Positions 39,999 to 54,500 of a stretch of 64,000 bases of DNA are shown here, in pieces (the stretch's first letter is position 1; each line of letters starts with the position of its first letter). The notes beneath the pieces are model-generated. The model searched no databases and was not told the origin of the DNA. It worked only from the letters and a program-made list of their open reading frames with translations. A program made the position numbers and the translations under genes. Origin of the DNA: an uncultured virus (IMG/VR IMGVR_UViG_3300026522_000029) (lineage: Duplodnaviria; Heunggongvirae; Uroviricota; Caudoviricetes); the IMG/VR virus record IMGVR_UViG_3300026522_000029. The stretch is one strand, 5' to 3'.

Positions 39999-42698
39999 TC
40001 AGTACACCCCTTTAACTGCTTGTATTTGATAATTGACTAGCGCTGGAATTTGACAAGCTATATCATAACTTGTTCCATTATCTTGTGGTGTTCCTAGATA
40101 CCATGCTCCATTAAAATAAATATGTACGCCCTCTGAATCGGTGTATTTATCTAGGTGCATAGGATCATTAGGTCTGGCGCCGCCCCTATCTTTTAAGAAT
40201 CTATTTTCTATGTTCCTACCATAAAAATATAATTCAGTAATATAGCCACTATCTTGTCCAGGATCAATAGTCAATGATCCAGTTTCATCAACTAACATTC
40301 TAGAAGTCTTAGTATTACCATTCGTTGACACATATAGAACAACATTCGGATCACATTCTATATCGACATTATATAAAGTCTGCATCTTCGTATAATAAGG
40401 AGCTTCAACAGCTTTAGATTGATATAAATCAAGATAATATCTTTGATAAATTCTTGTGTAAAGACTTGTTCTACTATTGAATGGCCCAACTAACTGCCCA
40501 TTAATTGTTTTATAAATCAATGTAGTAGCAACTGTACTAGTATCATTACTTTCAGATAGATTAATGACAAAATCGACCGTCATTTTTGTATCTTTTAATG
40601 GAATAATAACATCGCTTGAAGTAATATGAATGTTCTCGCCTTTCATTTCATATATTGTATTTGGATACTCAATTACAACAGTCGTGCCACATATATTTAC
40701 AAGCGTTCCAAGTATCGTTTCTCCATCTGGTACATCTTCTGTTGGAGGAAGATCGTCAAGAGGGGTAAGAGTATTATTTACATTTTTAATCATATATGGT
40801 GGTGAATTTACTTCAATCTTTAAATATGAAAGGTAGAAATCATCTACAACAACATCGTTAATTGCCTGCCCCCAGTGAAACATACTTTTAATATTCGGAA
40901 TAGAAGATGACTCTCCTGTTGTACCCATTAAATTATAACCAGCTGGCCAATAATCCTCTGCTGTATCAAGATCTTTCCCATCTTCACTCCAAATTCTGCT
41001 GTATCTATTTAATTGGCCAATTTTTACTTCATCAAAAGTAATATTCGGATTATATGTACCAATAGTTTGAATACCATACTTATCAAAATTCTTCAATGTG
41101 GCATCATCAATTTCAATAGCAGTAGCATCTACAGAATAAAGTAATCTACCAAGTTCCGTTTTTGGCGTCAGGGTAATATTCATTAGTTTAATTAATAAAT
41201 TACCTTCTGTTAGAGATCTAAAAATTTTTGGCTTCATGTTATACAAGAAGGCTTCTACTTTTTCTCTAAATTGACGTTCATAAGTATAATCATATCTACC
41301 GCTATAAACTTCAAGAGAATGAGCGCCATGGGCCTGAGCATATCTATCAACCTGATTATCTCTAATTTCTGCTTCTGTTGCAAAATAGTGGTTATTATCC
41401 ATATATGTAGTAATTAAGAAAGAGAAAGGGAAACTATGATAATACATATTGCCGTTTCTTCTTACATATGGATATTTTGAACCAATTGTATCTGTTTTTG
41501 CTTCTCCAACATTTACTGCTGTATTGGAAATATTCATGTCATACCGAATTTTTAACTGTACAACTTTTCCATCTTCATTATTACTCTCTGTGAGGAATGC
41601 ATCATCAAACTCGCCCATTTCAATAGTAGACATAATCGAAGAGCTACGGCGGCCCCGGTTATCGCGACTTTGGGCGGCGTACCTATAAAAAATACCAGAC
41701 TCTATTGTAAAATCATTAAATTCCCAATCTAGAGTTGCATTATCAAAAGTTTTATTTGCTATATCTTCCCAGACCAAAAAATTGCTCTTTGATGAAGTCC
41801 GTCTTAAAGTAACACTAGTATGAACAACATCTCCATTACCGACTAGATTTACTTTTGCAAAGCCGTCTTCTTCATCTATCTGAAGATTCAATTGAGCATT
41901 TAATGTTCCAGAAAGAAAAGACATAGCAGTAAATATATAATCTTTACTTTCAGTATACCCATTCTTCGTCTCAATATCGAATACTAAATGATACCTGAGA
42001 TTATTAGACATCCTATATTCTAGTTGAGCAGTAAAAGAAATTCGCCCAGCATCAGATTCATAAGTATTGGCTGATTGAAAACCTGTATCAGCAAGTAAGG
42101 ATGATTTTGATTCATTATATAATCTCATTCTCCAATTGCGAAGACTTTCAGATTGATTCACTGGGACATACACGCCAGTAAAAATCGGCTCTAGATTAGA
42201 ATATGTGATAGAAACTTCCTTGCCCGTTGTAGCTGTATCTACTCCACCTAATTCTATAATATAAAAAGCAGGAATTTCAATAGGTTTCAATAGACAAACA
42301 GTAGACCACTCAGAGGCGGCGCTTGCTAAATTCGTGGCAGATGTGTAAGCACTCCAAGACTTTGTGCTAAAACGTAATTGAACTTTATAAATAGTATCTG
42401 GTTCAAAACCGCCGGTTATTAGATCTGTTGGCTCTATCTCAATATAATAACGTGCAGCTGTTGAAGCTATTGCAGCATCTTGAGCTGGAGTCGTTTCTGT
42501 AATTGAACAACATTTAATTTTATTTGGATACTTATCCGTATCTAGTGCATTTGCATTGTTTTTTTGGTATCTCACTAACACCTGCGCCTGCGCTATATCT
42601 CCTAATGAATTGTAAGTAGATATAGCAAAATAAACTCTTATTCTCTATTTATAATTGAACGCAGGAGCGGAGTAACTAATTATTGGGGGATACAACAT
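39999..42698 (-). CDS. large tail protein (one in-frame TAG near N-terminus)
   Basis: GGAGGAG RBS before MLYPP; DTIGSKYPY..RNG; YERQFR. Confidence 0.8.
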
Positions 42699-42728
42699 AT
42701 CCCAACTCCTCCTTTTAACTCATTTAGA

Positions 42729-43307
42729 TTAAGGGCGCTTCTCATCTGTGTCCGCCTGCATAATCCTTATAAATTCCTCTTCAGAAACTACCTACCAAGT
42801 TAAAATAGCAGGTTTAATATTTGTATGGACGAACGAATTCCCACCCGCAGCTTCGTATGATTCAATAAGTCCTTCGAAGCTTTCTAACTCATTCTATGTT
42901 AAAAAAGCTTTTCCGTTGTTTATCTCTGCCCTCTTTTGATAAGCTCTGAAGCTCTTCTCTATTCTATCTTTTAAATCATGAATATCTTTTTTCTTTTGAT
43001 AATCATGTGTTTTTACCATAAAATCAGATATTTCATCTAATTTTCCAAGAATTTCTACATCTTGATTATGAAGTTTTTCAAATTTTTCATCTGACTCTTG
43101 TTTCATAATAGTCATATCATTACGAATATTTTTAATTTCATGTTCATTGTTTTCTGACTGCTCTTGAGTAGCATCATATTTGTTTCTAGCTTTACGGTAG
43201 GCTTCTATACACTTATAGATAGCAATAGCTGCTAGAATAATAGCTACAACCCAACCGAGTACAGCTCCAGCAGACAAGGAGCCTAAATATTCTATAAGCA
43301 TCTACAT
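42729..43307 (-). CDS. membrane-anchored holin-like/lysis protein (three in-frame TAG)
   Basis: N-terminal TM helix, coiled coil, YEAAGGNSFVH; TAG 43302, 42894, 42792. Confidence 0.7.
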
Positions 43308-43409
43308 TGAACGATACCTCACTTTTCATTATATAGACAATGAAAAGTGCAGAAAAAGAATATAACATTTTAGACCAACAAAAAAGAGGGCGATGATTTA
43401 ATCCTCGCC

Positions 43410-43646
43410 CTATGTAACAATTTCTTTAACTGATTTAGAGTTGTCATGTACAACATCTTCATTTTGCTCTTTTTTATATTCTGAATACTCCTTTTCAAGT
43501 TGTTGTTGAGCAATAGTAGAAATCTCATTAAGAATATTTTCAAGTACAATCTGTACTACTCCAACAGGAAGATTACTATCTTGAATAGCTAAAGAAATTG
43601 TTTGTTTTAAAATACTAATATTTAAAGTTGTTTTATCTTGTGTCAT
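43410..43646 (-). CDS. hypothetical protein
   Basis: ORF after amidase; ends at a TAG so may extend. Confidence 0.6.
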   Translation of the reverse strand: MTQDKTTLNISILKQTISLAIQDSNLPVGVVQIVLENILNEISTIAQQQLEKEYSEYKKEQNEDVVHDNSKSVKEIVT

Positions 43647-43648
43647 AT

Positions 43649-44116
43649 TTAATTCCTTTCAAAATGGTCAATAAATACGCCATCTAAAGGTCTAAGTACA
43701 AAATTTCCCGAAGCATTCCAACCAGACCAGCCCGAAAGATCTGGCCCAGATGCACCATTTGGCCCATGCATCTGCAAAAAAGTTGTACTACCATCTCGAT
43801 AAACAATAACAGTGTGTCCATCTCCTCCTGCATCTGGATTTACAATTACATCTCCATGTTTTAACTGAGAAGCAGATAGCATTCCCATATTTTGAAAGCC
43901 ATGAGAAGTATAAACAGCATCCATTCCTGGTGTTGCAATTGTAGTGAATCCATATGCCGTACCAACGAATCCAGAACAATCCATTGTACCATCTGAACCG
44001 TTCCTTGAGCCTTCCATACTGTATTCATACTGGCCCAATCTATTTAATCCCCAAGCAATGGCGCCCTCGCCAGTTCTTCTACCATATTGACTATTCCAAC
44101 TATTTTCATCAGCCAT
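43649..44116 (-). CDS. NlpC/P60-superfamily peptidoglycan amidase
   Basis: YSMEGSRNGSDGTMDCSG catalytic Cys, GDV, GHT His. Confidence 0.85.
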   Translation of the reverse strand: MADENSWNSQYGRRTGEGAIAWGLNRLGQYEYSMEGSRNGSDGTMDCSGFVGTAYGFTTIATPGMDAVYTSHGFQNMGMLSASQLKHGDVIVNPDAGGDGHTVIVYRDGSTTFLQMHGPNGASGPDLSGWSGWNASGNFVLRPLDGVFIDHFERN

Positions 44117-44126
44117 ACTTTACTCC

Positions 44127-47100
44127 TTAATTAATATAATTGCCATTATGATCTTTTCCGCCAGTAAGAACTCCATTAATGAATTCGAGCCAAGTATTGT
44201 CAGAAAAAACAACTCTCACAGTTTTTCCCTTCTGACCTCCAACTACTAAATCTCCAGTAATGGAAACTTTTTTACCAAAAGCTGCGTCAGCAAACACAGC
44301 AAAATCCTCATAAAAATATCCACCACCTTTGAAAGCCCATTTTCCTTCTACAGTTAGACTTTTTCGGGCAACAAGATTATCAACAACTAGATTTGGAATA
44401 TATTCTGCTAAAGTAGTATGACCATCATCTGCAAGTACAGTCCCGCACATTAATTGCCCTGCTGCATATTTAAGTCCATTAGCAGCACTTACTATATTAC
44501 CAGTCTTACCTAACATTCCATTCACCAAATTCATAGCCCCACCATAAGCGCCACCAGTCCATGAATTAGCACCATCACCAATAGTAAAATTACTCTTAGC
44601 GGTAATATCGTTGAAATTTGCTTTTCCTGCATTACTGATACTCCAATTGCTTCCACAGCTAATTCCATTTGAAGCGTCAATAGAAATACTGTTGTTGCTT
44701 AAACTATTAGGCCTAATTGCCCAACCACCAATCTTACCAGTCGTTACTGCAATTAGCTCTCGACAAGTAATTGTACCATTTGAATTAAGAGTTGTACTAC
44801 CTCCAGATAATTCATTTGTACCAATATTCCAACCGCCAATAGTACCAGAAGTAGAAGTAATTTTACCATTGCTATTTACTTTAAAATTATTATTAGCAGC
44901 CTCAAAAGAACCATTATTATGCACAATAAAAGCATTATTAACATTAATTTCTCCACTAGACTTTAATGTTACATTTCCACCTTTTAACTCGGTCTTACTA
45001 ATATTCCAACCGCCAATAGTACCAGAAGTAGAAGTAATTTTACCTGTTTTGTCTACCTTAAAATCATTATTGGCCGCCTTAAAAGAACCATCTGCATAAA
45101 TTACGAATTTTTGCTTGCCAACGGCGATTCTCTCTACATTTTCTCCAGTTCCTTTAGAATATAATGTAGTATTTTTATCTTGAGAACTTAAACTGTCATC
45201 ACTGATTTTCCAACCTGCAATAGTTCCTCCACCTTTTGCTGTGAGATGACCTTTTGCATCTACTTCAAAATCTCCAGAACCAAATCTAATACTTGGTGTT
45301 TCTAGATCAATTAATAAACCGGATTCAGCTTCAGATACAGGTCTTCCTGTAGTATCATGATTATAAAAACCCCAAGAGAAAATAGAACCGGCGGGGGCCG
45401 CTCCGTAGTGGTATGGAGCTAGAGTAATTTGTCCGTGTCCTGGCAAACCAAATTGCGCTTTTCCTGTTTCTGCATCTAGGAAAATACTTCTTTGACCACT
45501 AGCAAATCCCATTAAACCAATTTCTCTTTGTCCGTTACCATTGGCATTAAAAGACTTGCCCATAGTAATACCAGTAAATCTATTTGAGCTATCTTTTTGA
45601 CCTGCGCCGATTTGAGGAGCAAGAATATACTGGTCGCCCTCTTCATTAATCTTGATTGATGTTCCATCCCAATCATTCATTGCTGCAAGACCATATCTAT
45701 TCAAATACAAATAAATTGATAATATAATAGTATAATTCCCATCATTATCGCTATAAGTAGCAACAATATAATTATTAGTAGTTTCACTATCGTATACTGA
45801 AGGTGGATTAATTTCTACTCCATTTTGCCCTTGTAACTGAGTATTTTTCCTATTTGTATACCAACTAGTATACCATGAAATTCTTGAATTGTCAACTATC
45901 TGTTCTACGCCATCTTTAAAAATCCTTAATTCAAAAGGCTTAGAGCTGAAAGAACTTCGGGTACCATCATTATTATACATACACTCTCTGAACCCACCAG
46001 TAACAATTGCATGAATGTTTGAATTAGGGGTTCGTGCAATATCAAGTGGATAGGTAGCATAATAATTTTTAGCTTGTTGACTTAATTCATTGGTTTCTAT
46101 TGTTGTTTTTATAACAGTAGAGACATTATTATATGATCTAGGGGTGAGTATACCATTTGAAGAAATTTCTGCATTATGAGTAGTATCTCTTCCTATATCT
46201 ACCATTTCCCAAGTTAATCCAGGAGCTAATGTAATATTAGTTCTAGAGTCATACAGCGGCGTTGCGTTTCCATCCCACAATTGTGCTTTTAATGGCTGGT
46301 TAGTTGAGATTCTTGTAAAGTTATATTTCTCTGTAATCTTTTCTTCACCTGTTTCAGCGTTATATACTTTATCTATATCTCTATACCAGCCATAAATATT
46401 ATTATTCTCTAAATAAATTTTCTAATACTTGTCGTTGAAAGGAACTATTTTACTGATATACTTAGTGCCGTTTGTTCCACTCTCGCCTTCCTTAACAAAA
46501 GTAAAGTTAGTAGAAGCTACGAGATTATGACCTTGAAAACTTACTTCAAGTCTAATTGTATTATCAGTGGCATCTGCATCATATCTATTTTTAATTTCAA
46601 AAGTAAGATTAGCTGCATTTTTTAATACATGACGGAGTAAATTACCATTATTAGTTGGATTAATGACTAAATCATCTACTAGATCAAAAGTCTTGTGTTG
46701 AAGCATAGTATAATCTTCATCGGGCCAAACCCATTTAATATCGCACATCTTGATTTTTTCTGTATCAGATCTAGGTGTAACAATTTGTCCCTGGTCATTA
46801 TAAATATCAAAAGAGAGAGATGGAACAGTAATAGGCTCGTCAGAAGCTTTGTTAGTAGGGCTTACTCCATATTCATTATATTTAAATACTTGTGTACCAT
46901 TATTAATGATAAGAGTATACTCTTTCTCTGACATGCCATTGGTAAGAGTGATGGCGGCCGCGCCTATGTACGTCCCAACACTAGTTACTGTACATTCATA
47001 TGTCACAAGATTAGTTGCTTCACTAATTTTTACTCCTATTGATTTACTTTGATCTCCAACTGTAACTAAAGTTTCATCTGCACTTCTGTACCCCCAATGA

Positions 47101-48428
47101 TAAACCAATGGCGTTGTAACATCTGTTATTACATTGCATGTTAATGTAGTAACGCCAGTATCAAAATAAAACTTTGTACCTGCACTAGATACAATTTCAA
47201 TAGAATTCGTAGCAGCTTTATTCTCAATATCAATAGTCCCAGAGAATGTAGTATTATTTGTCACAGCCACACACTTAAAAGTATTGACCTCATTTGGCGC
47301 CATTGTAGGTCGTAGATCTTTTCTATATCCCTCTGGTGTAAATTTAGTCACTCCATTATAAGTTGTATGTTGGTTAAGACATCTCCAGCCTGCGCCCGCA
47401 TAACTTGAAAAATTCTCATTATCTGCACTTGTTACTGTTGTATCTTTAATAAACCAATAAAAATCAACATTTTGTGAATTAAAATTAACCTTTTTACCTT
47501 TTATCTTTAATTCTGCTTCAAGATAAATAGTGTCATCATTACTTGATTTAAAATAAGCTCCATTTGGAGTTAAAATTTTTAACGAGCCGCCCTCTAATTC
47601 AGTTTCAGTAAGAGGCTCCATGAATTCTAATTCAAAATCTGATAAGAAAATATCATTAGGTTGATTTTCTTTTGTTACAGGGAATCCATTACAAAAGGCC
47701 TCAATGCTCTGAATTGATTTAAGATTGTTTCCATCAATAGCAAAAATAGTATATTGACGATTTTTTACTATGTATTTGTATGGTTGTCCTTGCATATTAT
47801 TTACATCAAGAACATAAGTTCTAGTTACTAAATCATCATCTGATTGAACTTCTTGATTTTTGTAGGCAGCGTTGTAATATTGCGCCTGAACGATAATGCC
47901 ATAATTTCCTCCGGCGACCTGTTGTTCGGCAGGAAGAGACGTTTTTACAGACATTCCAAGAAGAATATATTTTTTCTATTTTTTGTAAGTAGACAGAGCT
48001 ACAGGATCTACAGTAATAATATTTTCTGAAAGAAGATTCTTTTTTTGTTCGCCGTTATATGAACAAAATTGCACAGTATCAGAACTGGCAAGTAGATTAT
48101 TACCAACAACAGTCATTCTACCTTCTGCTGTAACTGCACCGATGTATTTTGTGCCTAGCTCTTTAACTGAACCAACGATTAGCTTTGTTTTTTCATAGTC
48201 ACTAGAAGGTATTTCAACATATACTTGGTCATCTACATCATATGACTGATCTGGATTTGCATATGCGTAGAATTTTGAATTCTGATATCTCACCAAATAC
48301 TTACCTATGCTGGAATCTTCAATAGAAACAATAGTAGCTCTAACCGTATGGTCAAAATTCAATTGACTAACTCTTTTATTCAATAAAATCTATATTGAAT
48401 CAAGAATATTCTGTTCAATGTTAGACAT
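44127..48428 (-). CDS. large tail protein/central fibre, 1433 aa (three in-frame TAG)
   Basis: Track ORFs 47976, 46422 and 44127 joined via TAG 48390, 47976 and 46422; GTIGGWNI repeats. Confidence 0.8.
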
Positions 48429-48593
48429 ATTGTTTACTCCTTTTTATGCGGCGGCAGTTGCTTTACCCGTGTCACTCACCTGGCGCCGCCCTCTGTTTAT
48501 TAAAAGTTTCTAATAGAAGTGTAAAAATATTTAAATAAAATTATATAATAGCGTCCAAAGATAAAAATATAAAGGGGCTTTCGCCCCTCTATA

Positions 48594-51500
48594 TTAATAA
48601 GCTCTCCTGTTCTTTTGCGCTCTTTGTGTTGCTGCATTAACAAGATTATTAAATGCTTTTTCAATTTCTTGACTAGATTGTACATCTGGAAAGGTAGCAT
48701 TAATAGTAATATCTTGATTTGTGCTAGAATTACTATTTGTAGCAAAATTTCTGAATGTATTACCAGAAGCTAACTTATCAAGTAAATTGCCACCGACACT
48801 AGACAGGCTGCTGATTAGATCTCTTGCAATCTTTACTGCACTTAAAGTATTCTTGGTGTCATCTTTATTAAGAACGAGTTCCTTTTGATGCAAGAAAGCA
48901 AGTTTGCCTTCTTTATTACCATTTACCCATTCACCAGTATATCCACCAGTTGCAAAATATTTCCATTTTCCACTTTTATTTGTTCCTCTTAGTCTTCCGC
49001 TACTATCATAAGCATTCTGATATCCCTCAAATTGAGTAACAACTTTATAGCTATTTTTAGCATTAGATGCAGGGGCCCCGGTAGAAGTATTTGCTGCGCC
49101 AGCGCTTCCTCCACTAGCGCCGCCGCCACCTCCAGAACTAGAACCGCCGCCACCTCCAGAACTAGAACCAGAACCAGAACTATTATTAATTCCAGTTGGA
49201 ACTTGACTAGCAGTTCCACTTGGAAGACTTGAATTGGGAGGACTGCTTACAACGTTCGCGCCTGTTGCAGCCATCCAAAAATCATTTGCTGCTTGTGCAG
49301 CTTGAATAGCTGCTGCTTCAGCCTCTTGGTAAGCATCTACCAGAGATTGGATTTCACTATAGACGGATGCCGCCGCATTGCCTTCATCTTCCATTGTCTG
49401 AATCAATGCTTCCTTAGTCTGAATTAATGCTTCATTGGTCTGAATTAATCCTTGAGTCTGTCCGATATCATAGTCTACACCATTAGCAATATCAGTGAAA
49501 ACTACCCCAGCAACAGATTGAAGATTAAGCAGGTCTTGCTGATAAACTTGATTTGCTTGAACGATGCTATTCATTGCAGGAATGATTACATTGTTTGTCA
49601 AATCCATATAGCTCTCACCAACTTGACCGAGAGCAGTATTCCAACTAGGACTTAATCCAGTATCAGAACCAAATAAGAAGTCTTGATTGAGCTGCCCCAT
49701 ATTGTCAAAATTCTTTTGATAAACTTCATTAACAAAAGCATCGAACAATGTAGAAATGGCGCCGTCTTCGCCCATTAGAGTTTGGATGCTTGCCCAAACA
49801 GAATCATCACTAGCTTCATCGCCATTAAGGCCAAGAAAAGCTTTTAGATTATCACCCATCTCAGTTAAAAGATTACCAAACTCTGCGCCCGTTAATTCAA
49901 TCAGCTGGCTTTGCATTGTATTGTAATCAACACCAAGTTTAGTGATATAACCATCTTCACCAAAATATTCTTCCTGTAATTCAAGTAATTTTTCTTGCAA
50001 AACTTCTTGGTCATCATAATAAGTCTGACTTAGCTCAGCCGCCTTATCAAAGAAATCTTGTAATTTATCTTGCACTTCATCAATAGTATCAGATACATCT
50101 TCTTTTGCAAGTTTTCTTAATTCTTCAAGAGAATCTCTTAAATCCTTCTGTGCTGATTGTACTTGATCCTCATCTGCTACATACTGATAAGTATAGTTGC
50201 CTTGACTATCTCGGCGCAACCGCATATTTGTTTTTGCATTTTGGATATCTTCAAGTGCAATTTGTTTCTGAAGAACTTCAAGTTTTTTGTTAGCAATATC
50301 AAGATCAATTTGTCTCAAATTAGCAATATTATTAAGATCATCAACCTCTTTGTCCATGAATTCGGATAATTGCTTCTGAACTCTAGGAGATTGCTTATTC
50401 ATTGCACTATTAACATTATCAACAAAATCTAATACACCAGTTGCTCTTGATGCGACATCTAAATATCTGTTGTCATCCCATTTAGCACGGTCCCACTGAT
50501 CTAGAGCTTTATTCCAATCTCCGCCGAGCATCTGATCTTTAGTATTTTTAATAATCTTATTAATAGTATTATTATATTTATCAAGAAGATTTTGTACTGC
50601 GTTTTCAACAGCAGAGTTGAGGTCAGTAATAGAACTCATCCAGTTATCTCTGAATTTCTTCCACTCATCTGTTCCTTTTTTGGCGTTGTCCATCTGCTGC
50701 TTCCACCTATCTGCCTGTTTACGGTAGAAGTCAATCTCTTGATTATAATTTTGCGCTCGCTGATCGTACCAATTACCAAGGTCTTCATAATCTTCATCAC
50801 CATGAAGTAATGTGATAAGATTCATATCATGTTCAATGAGCTTATCTACCTGGTTATACGCAGAAACTTGATCATCGAACATTTCTTTTACTTTATCAAT
50901 AGCATCAAGATAATTTTTATGAGTATCTTCAACATTTTTATGAGTATCTTCAACATTTTTATGAATATCTTCAACAATTTCTTGAGCATCCTCAAGATTG
51001 TTCATTAATTCATCATTATATTTTTTAAGATCATTTAGAGCACTCTTTTCATTTTTACCGTAGATTGAACTCGTTCCACCATTCTCAATGATTTGAGCTT
51101 CTTGTCTAATCTTATTAACTTTATCTGTTAGTATTTGAATTTCTCCAGTTCCAGTTTCATCATAGTAGCTGAAGAAATCTTGCATCCGCGCCTTAGCTTG
51201 ACCGACATAATCATCATCCTTGATCTTATCGATAACCTTTTTGCGGAATTTGTTAAAGTTTCTTTTTGCTTCAGATACTTCAATTTGAAGATCGATCTCA
51301 ATCTTAAATTGCTGAATTCTTAATTCTGTTTCTTTATCTACAATATCTTGGACTTTATCTTCCGTATCTTGGAGAGTATTTTGAAGGTCTTCATAACCGT
51401 CCATTGCCTTCTTGAGATTATCCCAACGGCTTTTTTCTATTGCGGCTTCATTTAGTATTACTTCCTGCGCTGTAGCATCTGTAGTCTTGGCGGCCTCCGC

Positions 51501-54500
51501 CAAAAGGCTATTATACTTCTGTTGATGTTTAATTTCCAGTTGGGTATAATTAATAATATTATTCTGGCTATCAAATTGTACACCCATTTGCTCTACAGTA
51601 GCTTTGGCATTTGCCATATCTTGACGAAGCAATTTCTCTTTTTCTTGATAAAGACCATTTTCTTTCTCTAAAGCTGCAATTTCACGATCAAGATTAGCAG
51701 ATAGTCCTTGACGAGTTGATTTATCAGCATCTTTTTCGATATGATTGATATTGTCATCAAGATCTTCTAATTCTCTATTGAGCTTATGGTATTTATCAAT
51801 ATCAGAATCTTTGATCCAATCTTTTAATATATCAGCAGAACTTTTAGCTTGCTTCTAGCTACCCTTATTACCGCCATTGCCAGAACCAGATTTGCCACTA
51901 TTACCAGATTTACCACTTTTAGAAGAAGGGGCGTAAGCATTGCCATTACCAATATTAGTAAGTCCTTTTGCTATTCCATTTGCAGAAGCACCTAACATGG
52001 TCAAGCTATCTCTTTGCTTTGCTATGTTCTTTGCAATAGCATCTGCTGCTGCATTGGCGGCATTGGCAAGATTTTGATATCCTTCTGAAGTATTACCAAA
52101 CTTACTTAAATAACTATCAATAGCAGAGGAGGAAGTTAAATCTCCAATATCATTAGAGGCTGTTTGCTTTTGAGTTGTTGTCCCCTTGTAGGTATTAGAA
52201 GCATTGATTCCTGATGCACTCGCATTTGTTTCAATATACTTCCCAGTTGTCATTGCTTTGGCTGCGTTTGCCATTGCTTGACCAACTTGATTAGCAGAAC
52301 GAATTGATGAATTTGCCCAGTCAGCTACAGATTGAGAGGCAGAACTTGCGGCTCTTGCATAGTTTGCGGCTATTGCAGCTCCTTTTGTATCAGAATCATT
52401 TGCTACAACCTGTTGATCTGACATTTGAGCATTAGAAGCAATTTGTGAATCATCAACTCGAATCTTCTTTACAGCATTAGAAATTTGTGCTTTTGCTTTG
52501 GCTGCATCTGAATCAGAAGTTACTTCATTGGTTGCCATTGCTTGTGCGGCTGCTGCAATTGCTCTATACTGAGCTTCTTTGTCTTCCATTAGGGCGATGT
52601 TATTTTCAATCTGCGCTGCTACACTCTCTGCATTAGCAGTAGTTTCTGCGGTGGCTGCCCCAACTGCGTTATTTACAATATCTTCATTTAATTGGTAACT
52701 ACCATCAGATAGCTCTTGCATTCCTTGGAGGATTCCAGGGAAAGCTTCGCTCAAAGCATCGAGATCACTCGCCGCAACAACGAAGTTATCTCCAATTTTA
52801 TTAGCGGCGCCCGCAATAGAATCAAATTGCCCCTGGATTTGTTCAACAGCTTCATCAAGTTTTGTATTAACAGTCACATCAATGACATGTTCTGCATTAA
52901 TATAATTATCTAATTCATCTTCAAAATATTTAAGTGCTTCATCATTAATTTCAATGGTTACTCCATCATCAGATGTCATTGCATCTAAAATACTTTGAAG
53001 TTGTTGAGCTGATTCTTCTGCGTCTTCTCTTGTCTGGTCTAATTTCGCTACGTCTATTGCATTTTCGATATTTCCCATCGCATCTGCATAATTGTAAACG
53101 GAATCAACACCATCGTTCATTGCTTCACGAACGGTCTTAACATCTTGAGCTAATTGAGGATATTTTTCAAGTAAAGCATCTAATTCAGTATTTAATGCTG
53201 TTTGATCATCTTCTCCAAGGACATTTCCTTTAGAAATAGACTCAAGAGCATCTTTCGCATCTTTCGCTCCTGCAACAATAGTAGAAAGAGCGTCCGCTTG
53301 ATTTTGCATCTTATCAGTAGTTTCGTCAGTATCTTCACCAACTTTAACTAAAGATAAATCTAGATCTCCTAATCCAGATGTCAGAGTTTCTATTGAAATC
53401 CCCGTGCTGTCAGAAATAGCTTTTAAATTATTGAAGGCGTCAGCCCCAATTTTATCTTTCAAACTGTTTTCATCTAGTTCTTTTCCATCTTCAGAAAGTT
53501 CTTTAACAGCCTTTTGGATTTCTTTAATTTTATCAATATCTATTCCTGTACCTGACCAAGCATTAGCAATTTGATCTTCTAACTGTCCAGAATTTTTATA
53601 ATACTGAGTAATTACATCTTTTAACTGTTTTATTAATTCTTTATCTTGCGTCGCTAAAGCAGAAGGGAGGGCCTCTTGAGCTTGAGACATTTTATCAGAT
53701 TCATCTTTTAATATCTCTTCATAGTTCTTTTCCCACTCATCTATATTAGCTTGAATTTCTTTTAGAACCTCTCCATTGTTCGCAGCTTTTACTGCTTGCA
53801 CAAAGGCTTCTTCGGCTTTTTTATCAAATTGTCCAATTCCAATTAAATAATCAGCACCCGATTTGCTAATATCTTGGCCATTTGCCTGAGCACTCTTCTT
53901 AGCTAAATCAACATCTGTCCCATAGAAATTCTGATCATTAGAAGCCATATCAAAGGTGCCACTCTTAAAAGCCTGTCTAGTAGCCTTGTTTGTTGCTTCT
54001 GCATTTATTTTGTTTAGAGTCTCTTGGTTTTTAATCTCAGCTTCTAATTCAGCATTTTGAGCTTTTAGATTTACCAAATCTTGAGCATCTGTAATAGAAA
54101 TTGTTCCTTTACTTTGGATTTCATTAATTTTATTTGTTGTTTCATCTAACTGTGTATTTAATGAATCCAAATTATCTAGTCCAGAAGAGTATTCGTCCGT
54201 ACTTTCTTTTAAAGCCTCTCCCGCTTCTTTTGCAGATGTATGTAAACTATCAATTCCTTTTACAACAAAAGGAATGGCTGCACTTATCGCCCCTAAAACA
54301 AGTCCAATGGGTCCCATCGCAGCTTGCAAAGACACAAAACCGCTAATCAAAGTAGGAATCATCGCTGCAAGACCAGAAATTGCTCCAGTAGCATCAACTG
54401 TCCCATCACTTAATCCAGAGAAAATGTTCATCAATCCGGCTCCGCTAGAAGACAACTGTCCAATAGCTGCTGTTGCCTGAACAATATTTTGAATTAAAGA

